Assembly (NCBI RefSeq): GCF_044704955.1
Contig: NC_091996.1
Coordinates: 87,358,001-87,422,000 of the forward strand
Length of the DNA: 64,000 bases
Source of the DNA: Pristiophorus japonicus
Taxonomy: Eukaryota
Direction of reading: 5' to 3'
Positions 1 through 12,915 of this stretch are shown here, one piece after another (the first letter of the stretch is position 1; every line of letters begins with the position of its first letter). Position numbers and translations under genes: made by a program. The notes under the pieces were generated by a model. It made no database searches. It saw only the letters and a list, made by a program, of their open reading frames with translations, and was not told the origin of the DNA.

Positions 1-289
1 TATCCCTGAGCTACCAAACGGGTAAAACATTACCTAAAAGAACTTTAAAACCTGCTGCTGAAGGAAGAGAGTGGGTATTTACCCCATAGATCTAATATGC
101 GCCCCGACCGCATCAGCGGACACCACCCAACTGAGGAACACGCAGCAAGAAGTCCTCTCCTATGTTCGGGGTACGGCTAGCAGTATCGACAAAATCCAAC
201 GCACCCCGAAACCGCGACCCATTACCGACTGTCAAGGAAGGATTGATGAGCATAGTTCCTGAAGCCCCAGTGCCTAACCTAGTTAGACA

Positions 290-490
290 GGGGGAACTGG
301 GAGGTGGGAGGTGTTGTACTGCTGTGTATTCTCTTGTGTTTGAGTAAAGGATTCCCCATTAAAGTGATACATTTTCTCTCATTTAAAGTGATAAGTTTTC
401 TCAGTTTTTAATAAAAGGTGTATTCATTCTTCTTGAATAAAATCCATACATTTCTTTGTTCAAAACGGTTGTCTGCTGCACTTTAACACA
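290..490 (+). mobile_element. Possible PPT plus short 3' LTR of an LTR retrotransposon extending left of the window
   Basis: Purine tract GGGAGGTGGGAGG immediately followed by TGTTGTAC (312); AATAAA twice (~409, ~436); candidate end ...TTAACA(CA) ~487-489. Partner LTR not visible. Confidence 0.3.
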
Positions 491-704
491 CCCTGATTAA
501 TAAATCCAGGCTCGAGAACCAGGGAGTGGGGGTGATTCGCAACCGCTCTGGGCCAGGAAGGCAAGTTGACAGACCCGCCACCCCCTACACCATTGGTTGA
601 AGGGTCAGGAACCAGAGGACACAAATTTAAGGCGATTGGCAGAAGAATAGAAGGCGACATGAGAAAAAACTTCCTTACGCAGCCAGTGGTTAGGATCTGG
701 AAGA

Positions 705-3055
705 AAGAAAGACTTACATTTAAATAGCGCTTTTCATGACCACTGGACGCTTTACAGCCAATGAAGTACCTTTGGTGTAAAAATAAAACGGGGAAGAGGC
801 TAACAAGGGAAATTAGGGCTAGTGTTAAATCCAAGGAAGAGGCATATAAATTGGCCAGAAAAAGCAGCAAGCCTGAGGACTGGGAGAAATATATAATTCA
901 GCAGAGGAGGACAAAGGGTTTAATTAGGAGGGGGAAAATAGAGTATGAGAGGAAGCTTGCCGGGAACATAAAAACTGACTGCTAAAGCTTCTATAGAAAT
1001 GTGAAGAGAAAAAGATTAGTGAAGACAAACAAAGGTCCCCTGCAGTCAGATTCAGGTGAATTTATAATGGGAAACAAAGAAATGGCAGACCAGTTGAACA
1101 AATTCGTGAAGACACAAATAACCATCTGGAAATACTAGGGGACCGAGGGTTTAGTGAGAAGGAGGAACTGAAGGAAATCCTTATTAGTCAGGAAATTGTG
1201 TTAGGGAAATTGATAGGATTGAAGACCGATAAATCCCCAGGGCCTGATAGTCTGCATCCCAGAGTACTTAAGGAAGTGGCCCTAGAAATAGTGGATGCAT
1301 TGGTGATCATTTTCCAACAGTCTATTGACTCTGGATCAGTTCCTATGGATTGGAGAGTAGCTAATGTAACATCACTTTTTAAGAAAGGAGGGAGAGAGAA
1401 AATGGGTAATTATAGACCGGTTAGCCTGATATCAGTAGTGGGGAAAATGTTGGAATCAATTATTAAAGATGAAATAGCAGCGCATTTGAAAAGCAGTGAC
1501 AGGATCGGTCCAAGCCAGCATGGATTTATGAAGGGGAAATCATGCTTGACAAAGCTTCTGGAATTTTTTGAGGATGTAACTGGTAGAGTGGGCAAGGGAG
1601 AACCAGTGGATGTGGTGTATTTAGACTTTCAAAAGGCTTTTGACAAGGTCCCACACAAGAGATTGGTGTGCAAAATTAAAGCACATGGTATTGGGGGTAA
1701 TGTACTGACATGAATAGAGAACTGGTTGGCAGACAGGAAGCAGAGAGTTGGGATAAACGGGCCCTTTTCAGAATGGCAGGCAGTGACTAGTGGGATGCCG
1801 CAGGGCTCAGTGCTGGGACCCCAGCTATTTACAATATACATTAATTATTTAGATGAAGGAATTGAGTGTAATATCTCCAAGTTTGCAGATGACACTAAAC
1901 TGGGTGGTGGTGTGAGCTGTGAGGAGGACGCTAAGAGGCTGCAGGGTGACTTGGACAGGTTAGGTGAGTGGGCAAACGCATGGCAGATGCAGTATAATGT
2001 GGATAAATGTGAGCTTATCCACTTTGTGGGCAAAAACGCGAAGGCAGAATATTATCTGAATGGCGGCAGATTAGGAAAAGGGAAGGTGCAACGAGACCTG
2101 GGTGTCATGGTACATCAATCATTGAAAGTTGGCATGCAGGTTCAGCAGGTGGAGAAGAAGGCAAATGGTATGTTGGCCTTCATAGCTAGGGGATTTGAGT
2201 ATACGAGCAGGGAAGTCTTACTGCAGTTGTGCAGAGCCTTGGTGAGGCCTCACCTGGAATATTGTGTTCAGTTTTGGTCTCCTAATCTGAGGAAGGACGT
2301 TCTTGCTATTGAGGGAGTGCAGCGAAGGTTCACCAGACTGATTCCCGGGATGGCAGGACTGACATATGAGGAGAGACTGGATCGACAGGGCCTGTATTCA
2401 CTGGAGTTTAGAAGGATGAGAGGAGATCTCATAGAAACATATAACATTCTGATGGAACTGGACAGGTTAGATGCAGGAAGAATGTTCCCGATGTTGGAGA
2501 AGTCCAGAACTAGGGGACATAGTCTAAGGATAATGGGTAAGCCATTTAGGACTGAGATGAGGAGAAACTTCTTCACTCAGAGAGTTGTTAAGCTGTGGAA
2601 TTCCCTAACGCAGAGAGTTGTTGAAGCCAGTTCATTGGATATATTCAAGAGAGAGTTAGATGTGGCCCTTACGGCTAAAGGGATCAAGGGGTATGGAGAG
2701 AAAGCAGGAAAGGGGTACTGAGGTGAATGATCAGCCATGATCATATTGAATGGTGGTGCAGGCTCGAAGGGCCGAATGGCCTACTCCTGCATCTATTTTC
2801 TATATTTCTATGGAGTGCAGTCACTGTTGTAATGTGGGAAATGCGGTAGCCAATTCTGTGCACAGGAAGCTCCCACAAACAGCAGTGTGATAATGACCCA
2901 GATAATCTGGTTTTTTGTGATGTTGTTAGAGGGATAAATATTGGTCCCAGGATACCGGGGAGAACTCCCCTGCTCTACTTCGAAATAGAGGCTGTGGGAT
3001 CTTTTACATCCACCTGAGAGAGCAGACGGGGCCTCGGTTTAACGTCTCATCTGAA
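705..3055 (-). mobile_element. Deu-domain (SacSINE1-like) SINE split by the CR1 insertion (parts 705-770 and 2811-3055)
   Basis: Left part ends ...CAGCCAATGAAGTACC; right part resumes TGGAGTGCAGTCACTGTTG... and runs through the reverse complement of GATGAGACGTTAAACCGAGGCCCCGTCTGC. Confidence 0.8.
771..2810 (+). mobile_element. CR1 LINE, 5'-truncated, decayed ORF2 (RT)
   Basis: ORFs 761-985, 1198-1713, 1726-2721 contain KSPGPD, NYRPVSL, YLDFQKAFDKV, [10 protein letters not shown], FADDTKL; broken by stops; CR1 3' UTR with TTTCTAT tail at ~2795-2810. Confidence 0.95.
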
Positions 3056-3278
3056 AATGGGATCTGGAATGCGCTGCCTGAGAGGGTGGTAGAGGCAGTC
3101 TCAATCGCGGCTTTCAAAAGGGAGTTGGATAAGTACCTGAAGGAAAAAAAATTAGCAGGGCTACGGGGAAAGGGCGGGGGGAGTGGGACTGGCTGAAGTG
3201 CCCTTGCAGAGAGCCGGCATGGGCTCGACGGGCCGAATGGCCCCCTTCTGTGCTGTAAATGTTCGGTGGTTCTATAAC
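3056..3278 (+). mobile_element. CR1 3' end fragment
   Basis: WNALPERVVEA...FKRELDKYL coding remnant plus GGGCCGAATGGCC 3' UTR. Confidence 0.8.
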
Positions 3279-3279
3279 T

Positions 3280-3600
3280 TGCCGCCATTGGTCAGCCCAC
3301 ACATCCACCCTCACAGGACACCGTAGTCCTGCACCAATCGAAAAGCGGACGGGCACTTCTTCGCCCGATTGGATGATTTTTTTGACTGTCGCCCAAACCG
3401 CCTTTTTTGTTACCCATCTCCAATATACTTATAACTGATCGACAAATGCGTACAAAAGCAAAAGAAACAACCCTTTATAATTCTTCTTCTGGTTGATCTG
3501 TTCACGTCAGGGTCCTGGAGATTAAATGCTGGAGACAGCGGGTCGATTCTGGAGGGTTGTCATGACAACCGTAGGCATCGGGCCTACTGCGTTTAGAATC
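3280..3600. promoter_or_regulatory. Candidate promoter: three CCAAT boxes and a palindromic RFX X-box
   Basis: ATTGG ~3287, CCAATC ~3334, GATTGG ~3368; GTTGTCATGACAAC at 3556-3569; non-repetitive and CpG-containing. Confidence 0.45.
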
Positions 3601-3721
3601 TATACGGGGAGCCTTGCCAGTGGCCGCTGGAGGGCATGAAGGAAAGGGTTAATTCTGCCCCTTTGGACATTGAATTTGGATGTTGCCAGTTCAAAACCGT
3701 GTTCGTGTGACTTTCTTTAGC

Positions 3722-4200
3722 GTCAGTTGTGACTCAGTGGGTCTCTGAGTCAGAGATGTTATGTATGCAACCCTATGTAACCAGTATTCTACCGCCACCA
3801 GAGGGCGTATCTGTTGGAGTCCCAAGGGATCCCAGCATCCCTTGAGAGCACTGTATATAAGCAGGCCTCCCATGCTGTACCAACACTCTGGAGTTAGAAT
3901 GAAGAGACTAAGGTCACACTTACTCACGTCTACAGTACTCAATCACATTACTTTATTCTGGACATAACAAGAAGGTTGTGGGATGACACTCCTAGTGCAG
4001 TGCTAAGGGAGCCCCACACTGCCAGAGGTGCCGTCTTTCCGATGAGACGTTAAACCGAGACCCTGTCTGCTCTCTCAGGTGGACGTGAAAGATCCCATGG
4101 CCACTATTTCGAAGAAGAGCAGGGGAGTTCTCCCCGGTGTCCATGGTGCCAATATTTATCCCTCAATCAACATAAACAAAAACAGATTATCTGGGTCGTT
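3722..4200 (+). mobile_element. Deu-domain tRNA-SINE (interrupted by solo LTR)
   Basis: tRNA-like head GTCAGTTGTGACTCAGTGG; core GCCGTCTTTCCGATGAGACGTTAAACCGAG...AAAGATCCCATGGCCACTATT. Confidence 0.8.
3757..3969 (+). mobile_element. Solo LTR inserted in a SINE head
   Basis: TGTTATGT...ACATAACA 8-bp inverted termini; TATATAA ~3854; interrupts SINE sequence CTGAGTCAGA|AGGTTGTGGG; flanks AGAGA/AGAAG (imperfect TSD); similar to the LTR at 55210-56223. Confidence 0.8.
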
Positions 4201-4796
4201 CATCATCATCATCATAGGCAGTCACTCGGAATTGAGGAAGACTTGCTTCCACTCTAAAAATGAGTCCTTAGGTGGCTGAACAGTCCAATACGAGAGCCAC
4301 AGTCCCTGTCACAGGTGGGACAGATAGTCGTTGAAGGTAAGGGAGGGTGGGACTGGTTTGCCGCACGCTCCTTCTGCTGCCTGCGCTTGGTTTCTGCATG
4401 CTCTCAGTGACGAGACCCGAGGTGCTCAGCGCCCTCCCGGATGCACTTCCTCCACTTAGGGCGGACTGTTCTTTGGCCAGGGACACCCAGGTGTCGGTGG
4501 GGATGTTGCATTTTATCAGGGAGGCTTTGAGGGCGTTGATATGTCCTTACTACACAGTATAAATGCACACGAGGCCCATGCTTGAGAGGTCAGTCTGTGA
4601 CCTGTCCTTTATTCCTTAGCACTCAAGTGATGAAGGTGGGTGGAGCTTCCCCTTTTATACCTAAAGATCCAGTTTAGGAGTGTCTCCCACCTAGTGGTCA
4701 GTGTTCTCACGGTGTACAACTTAGGTCAGTTTATACATGGGTTAAAATGCTGGTTGAATACATGACATCACCTCCCCCCCCAAAGTCTTATTGGGA

Positions 4797-7082
4797 TCAC
4801 AGGTTGAGTCTCTCTGGTGGTTTACGCTCCCTTGTAGAGCGCCTGAGTTGGGGCTCCGGTTGTTGGGCGCTGGCCTGAGTGTCTGCTGTTTGCGGTGCCT
4901 CAGGCCTGTCCGGACTGCCCACAGTGACTGGGCTCTCCTCCCTTTGGTTCCGGTGTTCGGTCACCTGTGGTGGAGTGAACTCTATATCGTGTTCTTCCTC
5001 TGCTTCTTCTATGGGGTTGCTGAACCTCCTTTTTGTTTGATCCACATGTTTGTGGCAGATTTGTCCATTGGTAAGTTTAACTACCAGAATCCTATTTCCC
5101 TCTTTGGCAACCACAGTGCCTGCGAGCCATTTGGGCCCTGCAGCGTAGTTGAGGACAAAAACAGGATCATTTACATCAATACATCGCACCCTCGCATTCC
5201 TGTCATGGTAGTGATATTGTGACTGGCGCCTGCTCTCGACAATTTCTTTCATGTTGGGGTGTATAAGGGATAATCGGGTTTTGAGCTTCCTTTTCATTAG
5301 TAGCTCTGTGGGTGGAACCCCTGTCAGCATGTGTGGTCGGGATCTATAGGCCAACAGGAGGCGTGATAAGCGGGTTTGTAGGGAACCCCCTTGGAATCTG
5401 AGCATCCCCTGTTTGATTATCTGCACTGCTCGTTCTGCCTGGCCGTTTGAGGCCGGCTTGAACGGTGCTGTTCTAACATGGTTAATTCCATTGCCTGCCA
5501 TGAAGTCCTGGAATTCAGTGCTTGTGAAGCACGGGCCATTGTCGCTGACCAAGATGTCCGGTAGACCGTGAGCGTCGAACATTGCCCGTAGACTTTCTAC
5601 CGTGGCAGAGGATGTGCTTGAATTTAAAATGTCACACTCGATCCATTTGGAGTAGGCATCTACTACAACCAAAAAGATTTTCCCCATGAAAGGACCTGCA
5701 TAGTCCACATGGATGCGTGACCAAGGCTTGGCGGGCCATGGCCAGAGGCTAAGGGGGGCTTCCCTGGGCGCATGGCCCAGCTGGGCACACTTGTTGCACC
5801 TGCGAACACAAAGTTCCAGATCTGCGTCTATCCCTGGCCACCAAACGTGTGACCTGGCAATTGCCTTCATCGTGACAATGCCCGGGTGCTCATTGTGGAG
5901 TTCTCTGATGAACACCTCTCTGCCCATCTGGGGCATGACAACTCTGTTTCCCCACAGTAGGCAATCGGCCTGAATCGAGAGTTCATCCTTGCGCCTGTGA
6001 AATGGTTTAAATTTCTCAGGGCATGCCCTGTACGTGGCTGCCCAGTCCCCATTTAGGACACATTTCTTGACTAGAGACAATAGCGGGTCTCTATTTGTCC
6101 AGACTTTAATCTGACGGGCTGTCACGGGTGAGCCTTCGCTTCCGAAAGCTTCAACAGCCATGACCATCTCAGCACCATGCTCGGTAGCCCCCTCAGTGGT
6201 GGCTAGTGGGAGCCTGCTGAGTGCATCTGCGCAGTTTTCGGTGCCCGGTCTGTGCCGAATTGTGTAGTCATAGGCAGCTAACGTGAGTGCCCACCTCTGT
6301 ATGCGGGCCGATGCGTTTGCATTTATGGCCTTGTTGTCGGCCAAAAGGGACGATAGGGGTTTGTGATCTGTCTCCAGCTCAAATTTCCTGCCAAACAGGT
6401 ACTGGTGCATTTTCTTTACCGCATATACACATGCGAGCGCCTCCTTTACTACCATCCCGTAGCCCCTTTCTGCCTGGGACAGACTCCTGGAGGCATAAGC
6501 TACCGGCTGTAACTGACCCTTGGCATTGACATGCTGCAACACACACCTGACACCATAGGACGACGCATCGCACGTTAACACAAGTTTCTTACATGGGTCA
6601 TATAGCGTTAACAGATTGTTGGAACATAACAAATTGCGTGCTCTATTAAAAGCCCTTTCCTGGCTGTCCCCCCAGACCCATTCGCGACCTTTGCGTAGGA
6701 GCACGTGTAGCGGCTCTAGCAGCGTGCTCAATTTGGGAAGAAAGTTACCAAAATAGTTCAGGAGCCCCAGGAACGAACGCAGCTCCGTCGTGTTACGGGG
6801 TCTGGGTGCTCTCTGGATCGCTTCCGTCTTGGATGCAGTAGGGCTGATCCTGTCTGCTGCTACCCTCATCCCCAGGAATTCTACCTCTGGAGCTAGGAAG
6901 ACGCACTTCGCCTTTTTCAGTCGCAGATCTACCCGGTCCAGTCTGCGTAGCACCTCCTCCAGGTTGTGGAGGTGTTCTTCAGTGTTGTAACCCGTAATGA
7001 GGATGTCGCCCTGAAAAACCGCCGTCCCTGGAATCGACTTGAGGAGGCTTTCCATATTTCGTTGGAAGATCGCGGCGGCCAA
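4797..7082 (-). pseudogene. Gypsy pol C-terminal part: RT end, RNase H, integrase
   Basis: LRSFLGLLNY, LTCDASSYG, ETDHKPL, ADALSRL, integrase H..H..C..C, HVDYAGP, SDNGPCF, NGQAER; the RT YxDD motif reads FQGD (degenerate). Confidence 0.9.
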
Positions 7083-7161
7083 GCAAATCCCGAACGGACA
7101 GCTCGGATGGTGGTCAGCTTCTTCAACTCACTCGCCAGCTCCTGGTTCATGTAAGCTGAGG

Positions 7162-7884
7162 TCAGGTCCAATTTTGAAAAAGTTTGCCACCGGATAGCGT
7201 CGCAAAGAGGTCCTCCACTCTCGGTAGCAGGTACTGGTCTTGGAGTGACACCCGATTGATGGTGGCCTTGTAATCACCACATATCCTGACCGACCCATCC
7301 GCCTTGAGCACCGGCACAATCGGGCTCGCCCAGTCACTGAATTCGACTGGCAAGATGATGCCTTCCCTCAACAGGCGGTCCAATTCACCTTCGATCTTTT
7401 CCCGCATCACGTACGGCACTGCTCTGGCCTTGTGGTGTACTGGTCTGGCGTCCGGGTTTATGTGAATCACTACCTTGGCCCCCATGAAAGTGCCAATGCC
7501 GGGTTGAAATAATGAGTCAAATTTGTCCAGGACCTGTGAGCATGATACTCGCTCCACAGAGGAAATTGCATTGACATTGCCCCATTTCCAGTTCATGACA
7601 GCAAGCCAACTCCTCTCCAGTAGTGCGGGACCGTCCCCTGGGACAATCCAGATTGGCAACCTGTTCTCCGAATCTTTGTGGGTCATGACTACCATGGCGC
7701 TGCCAAGCACCGGAATGATCTGCTTTGTGTAAGTCCGTAGCTGTGCGTCAATCGGCGATAATTTTGGCCTCCTGGCCTTGGATGCCCACAACTTTTCGAA
7801 CTGTTTGATACCCATCAGGGACTGGCTGGCCCCCATGTCTAACTCCATTGATACTGGGATGCCATTGAGGAGCACTTTCATCAT
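7162..7884 (-). pseudogene. Gypsy pol N-terminal part: protease and RT start
   Basis: MELDMGAS (degenerate DTG protease motif), WASPIVPVLKADGSVRICGDYK; frameshifted from the downstream pol ORF. Confidence 0.85.
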
Positions 7885-7911
7885 TATCGGTGGCGTCCTG
7901 GTGTATGAACT

Positions 7912-8394
7912 CTATACGTGCTCCACATGAACTCGCTGAACTTCAGCTTCCAGCGATTTCCCCCAGTGTCCATTTCTGCAATTTCTGCAGGTATTTTGCT
8001 CATCTCTGCAAACTCTGGCTGAGTGTGTGCCTCCACGCCTCCAGCATGAGTTGCGGTTTGAAACAAAAGGTCCCTTGCCAGTCGATCGTCCCTGACTGCC
8101 CCTGTTATTGTCCTTGAGTGCACTATTAACAGGTGTTGATGGCCCCATTACTGGCCGCATTGTCCCTTGCAATGGCGTGAATCGCTGTTCAACTTGCCAT
8201 TGTCTCTGTCGAACTCCCCCTCTGGGTTCGACTACATGTTGGGGCATGTCTGACTGCCCTTGTCTGCCTGGAGAACTGTGTGCTGCTTTAACAATGTTGA
8301 ATCTCTGTCCCAACCATTCCTTAACACAGTACCTCTTGTCTGTTCTGCTAGTGGCCATGCTCGCGTGGTTTAAATCCCAGTTTCTTGTCGCCAT
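7912..8394 (-). pseudogene. Truncated gag remnant
   Basis: Zinc-knuckle relics CWRRGGTHSARVC and CRNC directly after the PBS; far too short for a full gag. Confidence 0.6.
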
Positions 8395-9689
8395 TGATAC
8401 GTCCTTACTACACAGTATAAATGCACACGAGGCCCATGCTTGAGGTCAGTTTGTGACCTGTCCTTTATTCCCTAGCACTCAAGTGATGAAGGTGGGTGGA
8501 GCTTCCCCTTTTATACCTGAAGGTCCAGATTAGGAGTGTCTCCCACCTAGTGGTCAGTGTTCTCACGGTGTACAAGTTAGGTCAGTTTATACATGGGTTA
8601 CAATGCTGGTTGAATACATGACAGGCGTCCTTGTAACGTTTCCTCTGCTCACCTGGAGCTCGCTTGCCATGAAGGAGTACCGAGTAGAGCGCTTGCTTTG
8701 GGAGTCTCGTGTCGGGCATGCGGACAATGTGGCCTGCCCAACGAAGCTTGTCGAGTGTGGTCAGTGCTTCATCTGGGTCATTATCACAGTGCTGTTTGTG
8801 GGAGCTTGCTGTGCGCAAATTGGCGTCTCCCACATTACAACAGTGGCCACACTCCAAAACGTTATCCATTGGCTGTGAAGCACGTTGAGACGTCCGGTGG
8901 TGGTGAAAGTCGCTAAATAAATGCAGGTCCTTCTTTCTTTTCTCAAGTGATGTTGGCTGAGGGATAAATATTTTGCCCCAGGACACCGGGGAGGACAGCC
9001 CCCACCCCTGCTTCTCTTCAAAATAGTGGCCGTGGGATCGTTTATGACCACCCGAGAGGGCAGACGGGCTAAGTTCCCCCGGGTGCGCGTGGGGGGGGGG
9101 GGGGGCGGGAGATCGCGCGATGCCCGCTGGGACAGGCACCGAGCATTGGCGCCCGCGCTGCAAATGTAACGGGACCGCGCCCCGGGGAAAAAATCTCGAG
9201 GGAACCTTGCAGAAGGGTTACAGCTCATGTGGAAACGGAACAGGGTTAATGGCTCCAAGCTTAGATCCAATTCCTCGGTAAGGGAGTCGGGGGGGGGGGG
9301 GGGGTGGGGGTGGAGAGGGCGTGGTGCGAGGGACGGAGGGGCGGGAGTTAACAAACGTCTGTAACACAGGGGACGGCAAGCTGCTGAAGATCTAACGCTT
9401 GATGAAGTGTAATTAGCTTGGAACAGGCAGCTGAAGGCCCCCAGGGGGGACTCTGTACTTGCCTGCATTAGCACAACCCAGCGGAGCCCACATTTTCCGC
9501 AGTCGCTGAACCCGAGACACCCCCTCGGCATCACAGCGACTCCCCGCAGACGGCATTGTCCATGGGGGAATGGGGGCCGATCCTCTCCCACTTGGCCCCA
9601 AGCACCATTTGCCCCCGTGTCCAAACTCGCTCCCCAGTCCTCGACCCCCACCTTGGCTCCCATTCCCCCCCCCCTCCCTGTCCCGCCGC

Positions 9690-11240
9690 ACACTGTAAAA
9701 TCCTCATCCTCTTATTTACAAATCCCTCCGTGGCCTTGTTCCCCCCCCTCTCCCTATCTCTGTAATCTCGTCCATCCCCACAAACCCCCCCACCACCCCG
9801 AGATCTCCGAGCTCCTCCAATTCTGCCCTCTTGTACATCCCCGATTTCCATCGCCCCATCATCGGTGGCCGTGCCTTCAGCTGCCTGGGCCCCAAGCTCT
9901 GGAACTTCCTCCCTAAACCTCTCCACCTTTCTCTCCTCCTTTAAGGCCCTCCTTAAAACCGACCATTTTGACCTAGCTTTTGGTCACCTGCCCCAATGTC
10001 TCCTTTTGTGGCTTGGTGTCTAATTTTGCTTGATAATCGCTCCCGTGAAGCGCCTCGGGACGTTTTACTAACTCGCACCAAGTCCCGCTCACCCATCACC
10101 CCCTGTGCTCGCTGCCTCGTGTCCTAACTCGCACCAAGTCCCGCTCACCCATCACCCCCTGTGCTCGCTGCCCCGTGTCCTAACTCGCACCGAGTCCCGC
10201 TCGCCCATCACCCACTGTGCTCGCTGACCTACATTGGCTCCCGGTTAGCCAACACCTCAATTTCAAAATTCTCATCCATGTTTACAAATCCCTCCATGGC
10301 CCTTGCCCCTCCCTATCTCTGTAATCTCCTCCAGCCCCACAGCCCCCACCGAGATGTCTGCGTTCCTCTAATTCTGCCCTCTTGAGCATTCCTGATTATA
10401 TCATCATCATAGGCAGTCCCTCGGAATCGAGAAAGACTTGATTCCACTCTTAAAATGAGTTTTTAGGTGGCTGAACAGTCCAATACGAGAGCCGCAGTCT
10501 CTGTCACAGGTGGGACAGACAGTGGTTGAGGGAAGGGGAGGGTGGGACTGGTTTGCCTCACGCTCCTTCCGCTGCCTGCGCTTGGTTTCTGCATGCTCTC
10601 AGCGACGAGACTCGAGATGCTCAGCGCCCTCCCGGATGCACTTCCCCCACTTAGGGCGGACTGGTCTTTGGCCAGGGACTCCCAGGTGTCGGTGGGGATG
10701 TTGCACTTTATCAGGGAGGCTTTGAGGGTGGTCCCTGTAACGTTTCCTCTGACCACCTTTGGTTCGTTTGCCGTGAAGGAGATCCGAGTAGAGTTCTTGC
10801 TTTGGGAGTCTCGTATCTGGCATGCGGACAATGTGGCCTACCCAGCGGAGCTGGTCGAGTGTGGTCAGTGATTCAATATTGGGGATGTTGGCCTGGTCGA
10901 GGACGCTAACGTTGGTGCGTCTGTCCTCCCAGGTGATTTGTAGGATATTGCGGAGACATCGTTGGTGGTTATAATCGGTCCATCATCGGTGACCGTGCCT
11001 TCTGTTGCCTGGGCCCCAAGCTCTGGAACCCCTTTCCTAAACCTCTCCGCCTCGCCACCTGTCTCTCCTCCTTCAAGATGGCTCCTTAAAACCTACCTAT
11101 GTGACCAAGCTTTTGGTCACCTGTCCTAATATCTCCTTATGTAGAACGGTGTAAAATTTCTGTCTGATTACACTCCTGTGATGCGCCTTGGGATGTTTTA
11201 CTACGTTAAAACGCGCTATATAAATGCAAGTTGTTGTTGC
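9690..11240 (+). mobile_element. L2-like LINE 3' fragments with a nested minus-strand RTE fragment (~10401-10970)
   Basis: SPITPVLADLHWLPV-like motif; GGCCCCAAGCTCTGGAAC...GCGCTATATAAATGCAAG 3' end; L2 text CCTGATTATA|ATCG is interrupted by RTE sequence. Confidence 0.75.
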
Positions 11241-11471
11241 TGTTGTGGGGCTGGTCATTTTGGAGGTATTGGATTAGCTCCGCGATGTCCCAGCTGCCTG
11301 CTTGCTGAGGGAGCGCCGCACTGTGGGAGGGGCCGTCTTTCGGATGAGACGTTAAACCGAGGCCCCGTCTGCTCTCTCAGGTGGACGTAAAAGATTCCAC
11401 AGCCACTATTGGAAGAAGAGCAGGGGAGTTCTCCCCGGTGTCCTGGGGCCAATATTTATCCCTCAATCAAC

Positions 11472-12290
11472 AAGACCTGGACAACATTCAGGCTTGGGCT
11501 GATAAGTGACAAGTAACATTCGCACCAAACAAGTGCCAGGCAATGACCATCTCCAACAAGCGAGAGTCTAACCACCGCCCCTTGACATTCAATGGCATTA
11601 CCATCGCCGAATCCCCCACCATCAACATCCTGGGGGTCACCATTGACCAGAAACTTAACTGGACCAGCCACATAAATACTATGGCTACAAGAGCAGGTCA
11701 GAGGCTGGGTATTCTGCGACGAGTGTCTCACCTCCTGACTCCCTCTCCACCATCTACAAGGCACAAGTCAGGAGTGTGAGGGAACACTCTCCAGTTGCCT
11801 GGACGAGTGCAGCTCCAACAACACTCGAGAAGTTCAACACCATCCAGGACAAAGCAGCCCGCTTGATGGGCACGCTACCCACCACCTTCAACATTCACTC
11901 CCTCCACCACCGGCGCCCCCTGGCTGCAGTGTGTACCATCTACAAGATGCACTGCAGCAACTCGCCAAGGCTTCTTCGGCAGCACCTCCCAAACCCGAGA
12001 CCTCTACCCCCTAGAAGGACAAGGGCAGCAGGCGCGTGGGAACACCACCACCTCCACGTTCCCCTCCCAGTCACACACCATCCCGACTTGGGAATATATC
12101 GGCCATTCCTTCATCGTCGCTGGGTCACAATCCTGGAACTCCCTCCCTAACAGCACTGTGGGAGCACCTTCACCACACGGACTGCAGCGGTTCAAGAAGG
12201 CGGCTCACCACCACCTTCTCAAGGGGCAATTAGGGGATGGGCAATAAATGCCGGCCTTGCCAGAGACGCACACAACCCAGGAATGAATAT
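11472..12290 (+). mobile_element. CR1-clade LINE (second family) 3' fragment
   Basis: ILGVTIDQKLNW, SAAPTTL, HSLHHRR, WNSLP motifs; 3' end GGCAATAAATGCCGGCCTTGCCAG; related copy at ~42175-42690. Confidence 0.75.
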
Positions 12291-12619
12291 TTTTAAAAAT
12301 CACTAAAACAGATGATCTGGGTCATTATCACATTGCTGTTTGTGGGAGCTTGCTGTGTGCAGATTAGATGCCGCGTTTCCCACATTACAACAGTGACCAC
12401 ACCCGTCGAAAAGTACTTCATTGGCTGTAAAGCGCTTTGGGACGTCCGGTGGATGTGCAAGGCGCTATGGAAATGCAAGTCTTTCAGTATAGAGTGTGTG
12501 GCTTTTATGAGTATATTTGAGAGAGTGAGTGTGAGGATGTGTGAACGTGGGCTGGCCCGACCTGTGTGAGAACACCACCGCAGGTCGGGGCTACAAATAG
12601 AGCTGGAGCACCAGGCCCT

Positions 12620-12915
12620 GGAACATTGTGGGCGGAGGAGTGGTGAATGAGGGTACGGGGCCCAGGGGCAGCACGGGCCCAGCCCACACTGCGCGATATG
12701 TGCGCGCAGTAGGTCCGTGCAGCAGAGCTGGTCTCCAGTCGTCCTGGTTAACCCTTGCCACTGGACCAAGACCTCGCTCTGTCAAGCCCGTGTGGTGGCT
12801 GGTGTGCAACGGCCACCCCACGTTAAAAAAATCCACCCACAGGCATTTTCCACCCCCTCAACTGGAGTTCAGGACTGGAACATCGGGTCCTTCATTGAAA
12901 CATCTGTGAACTCTT
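12620..12915 (+). mobile_element. Non-autonomous element/SINE with RTE-type tail; copies at ~23715-24230 (+) and ~27085-27530 (-)
   Basis: Shared GGGCAGCACGGGCCCAGCCCACACTGCG...CAAGCCCGTGTGGTGGCTGGTGTGCAACGGCCACCCCAC; the 24180-24230 copy ends TGGAAGCAAGTCATCCTC...(ATG)n like the RTE 3' end. Confidence 0.65.

Larger units (their letters stand above)
4537..8623 (-). mobile_element. Gypsy/Ty3 LTR retrotransposon, internally deleted
   Basis: LTRs 4537-4767 and 8395-8623 (TG...CA, about 96% identical by eye); TSD GGCGT at 4532-4536 and 8624-8628; PBS TGGCGACAAG next to the 5' LTR; PPT GGGGGGGGAGGTGA at ~4768-4782; domain order PR-RT-RH-IN. Confidence 0.95.
4201..8770 (-). mobile_element. RTE-clade LINE 3' fragment (4201-4536 and 8624-8770) split by the Gypsy element
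   Basis: LRWAGHIVRMPDTRLPKQALY...KRYKD|LKASL continues across the insertion; (ATG)n tail at ~4200-4215. Confidence 0.85.
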
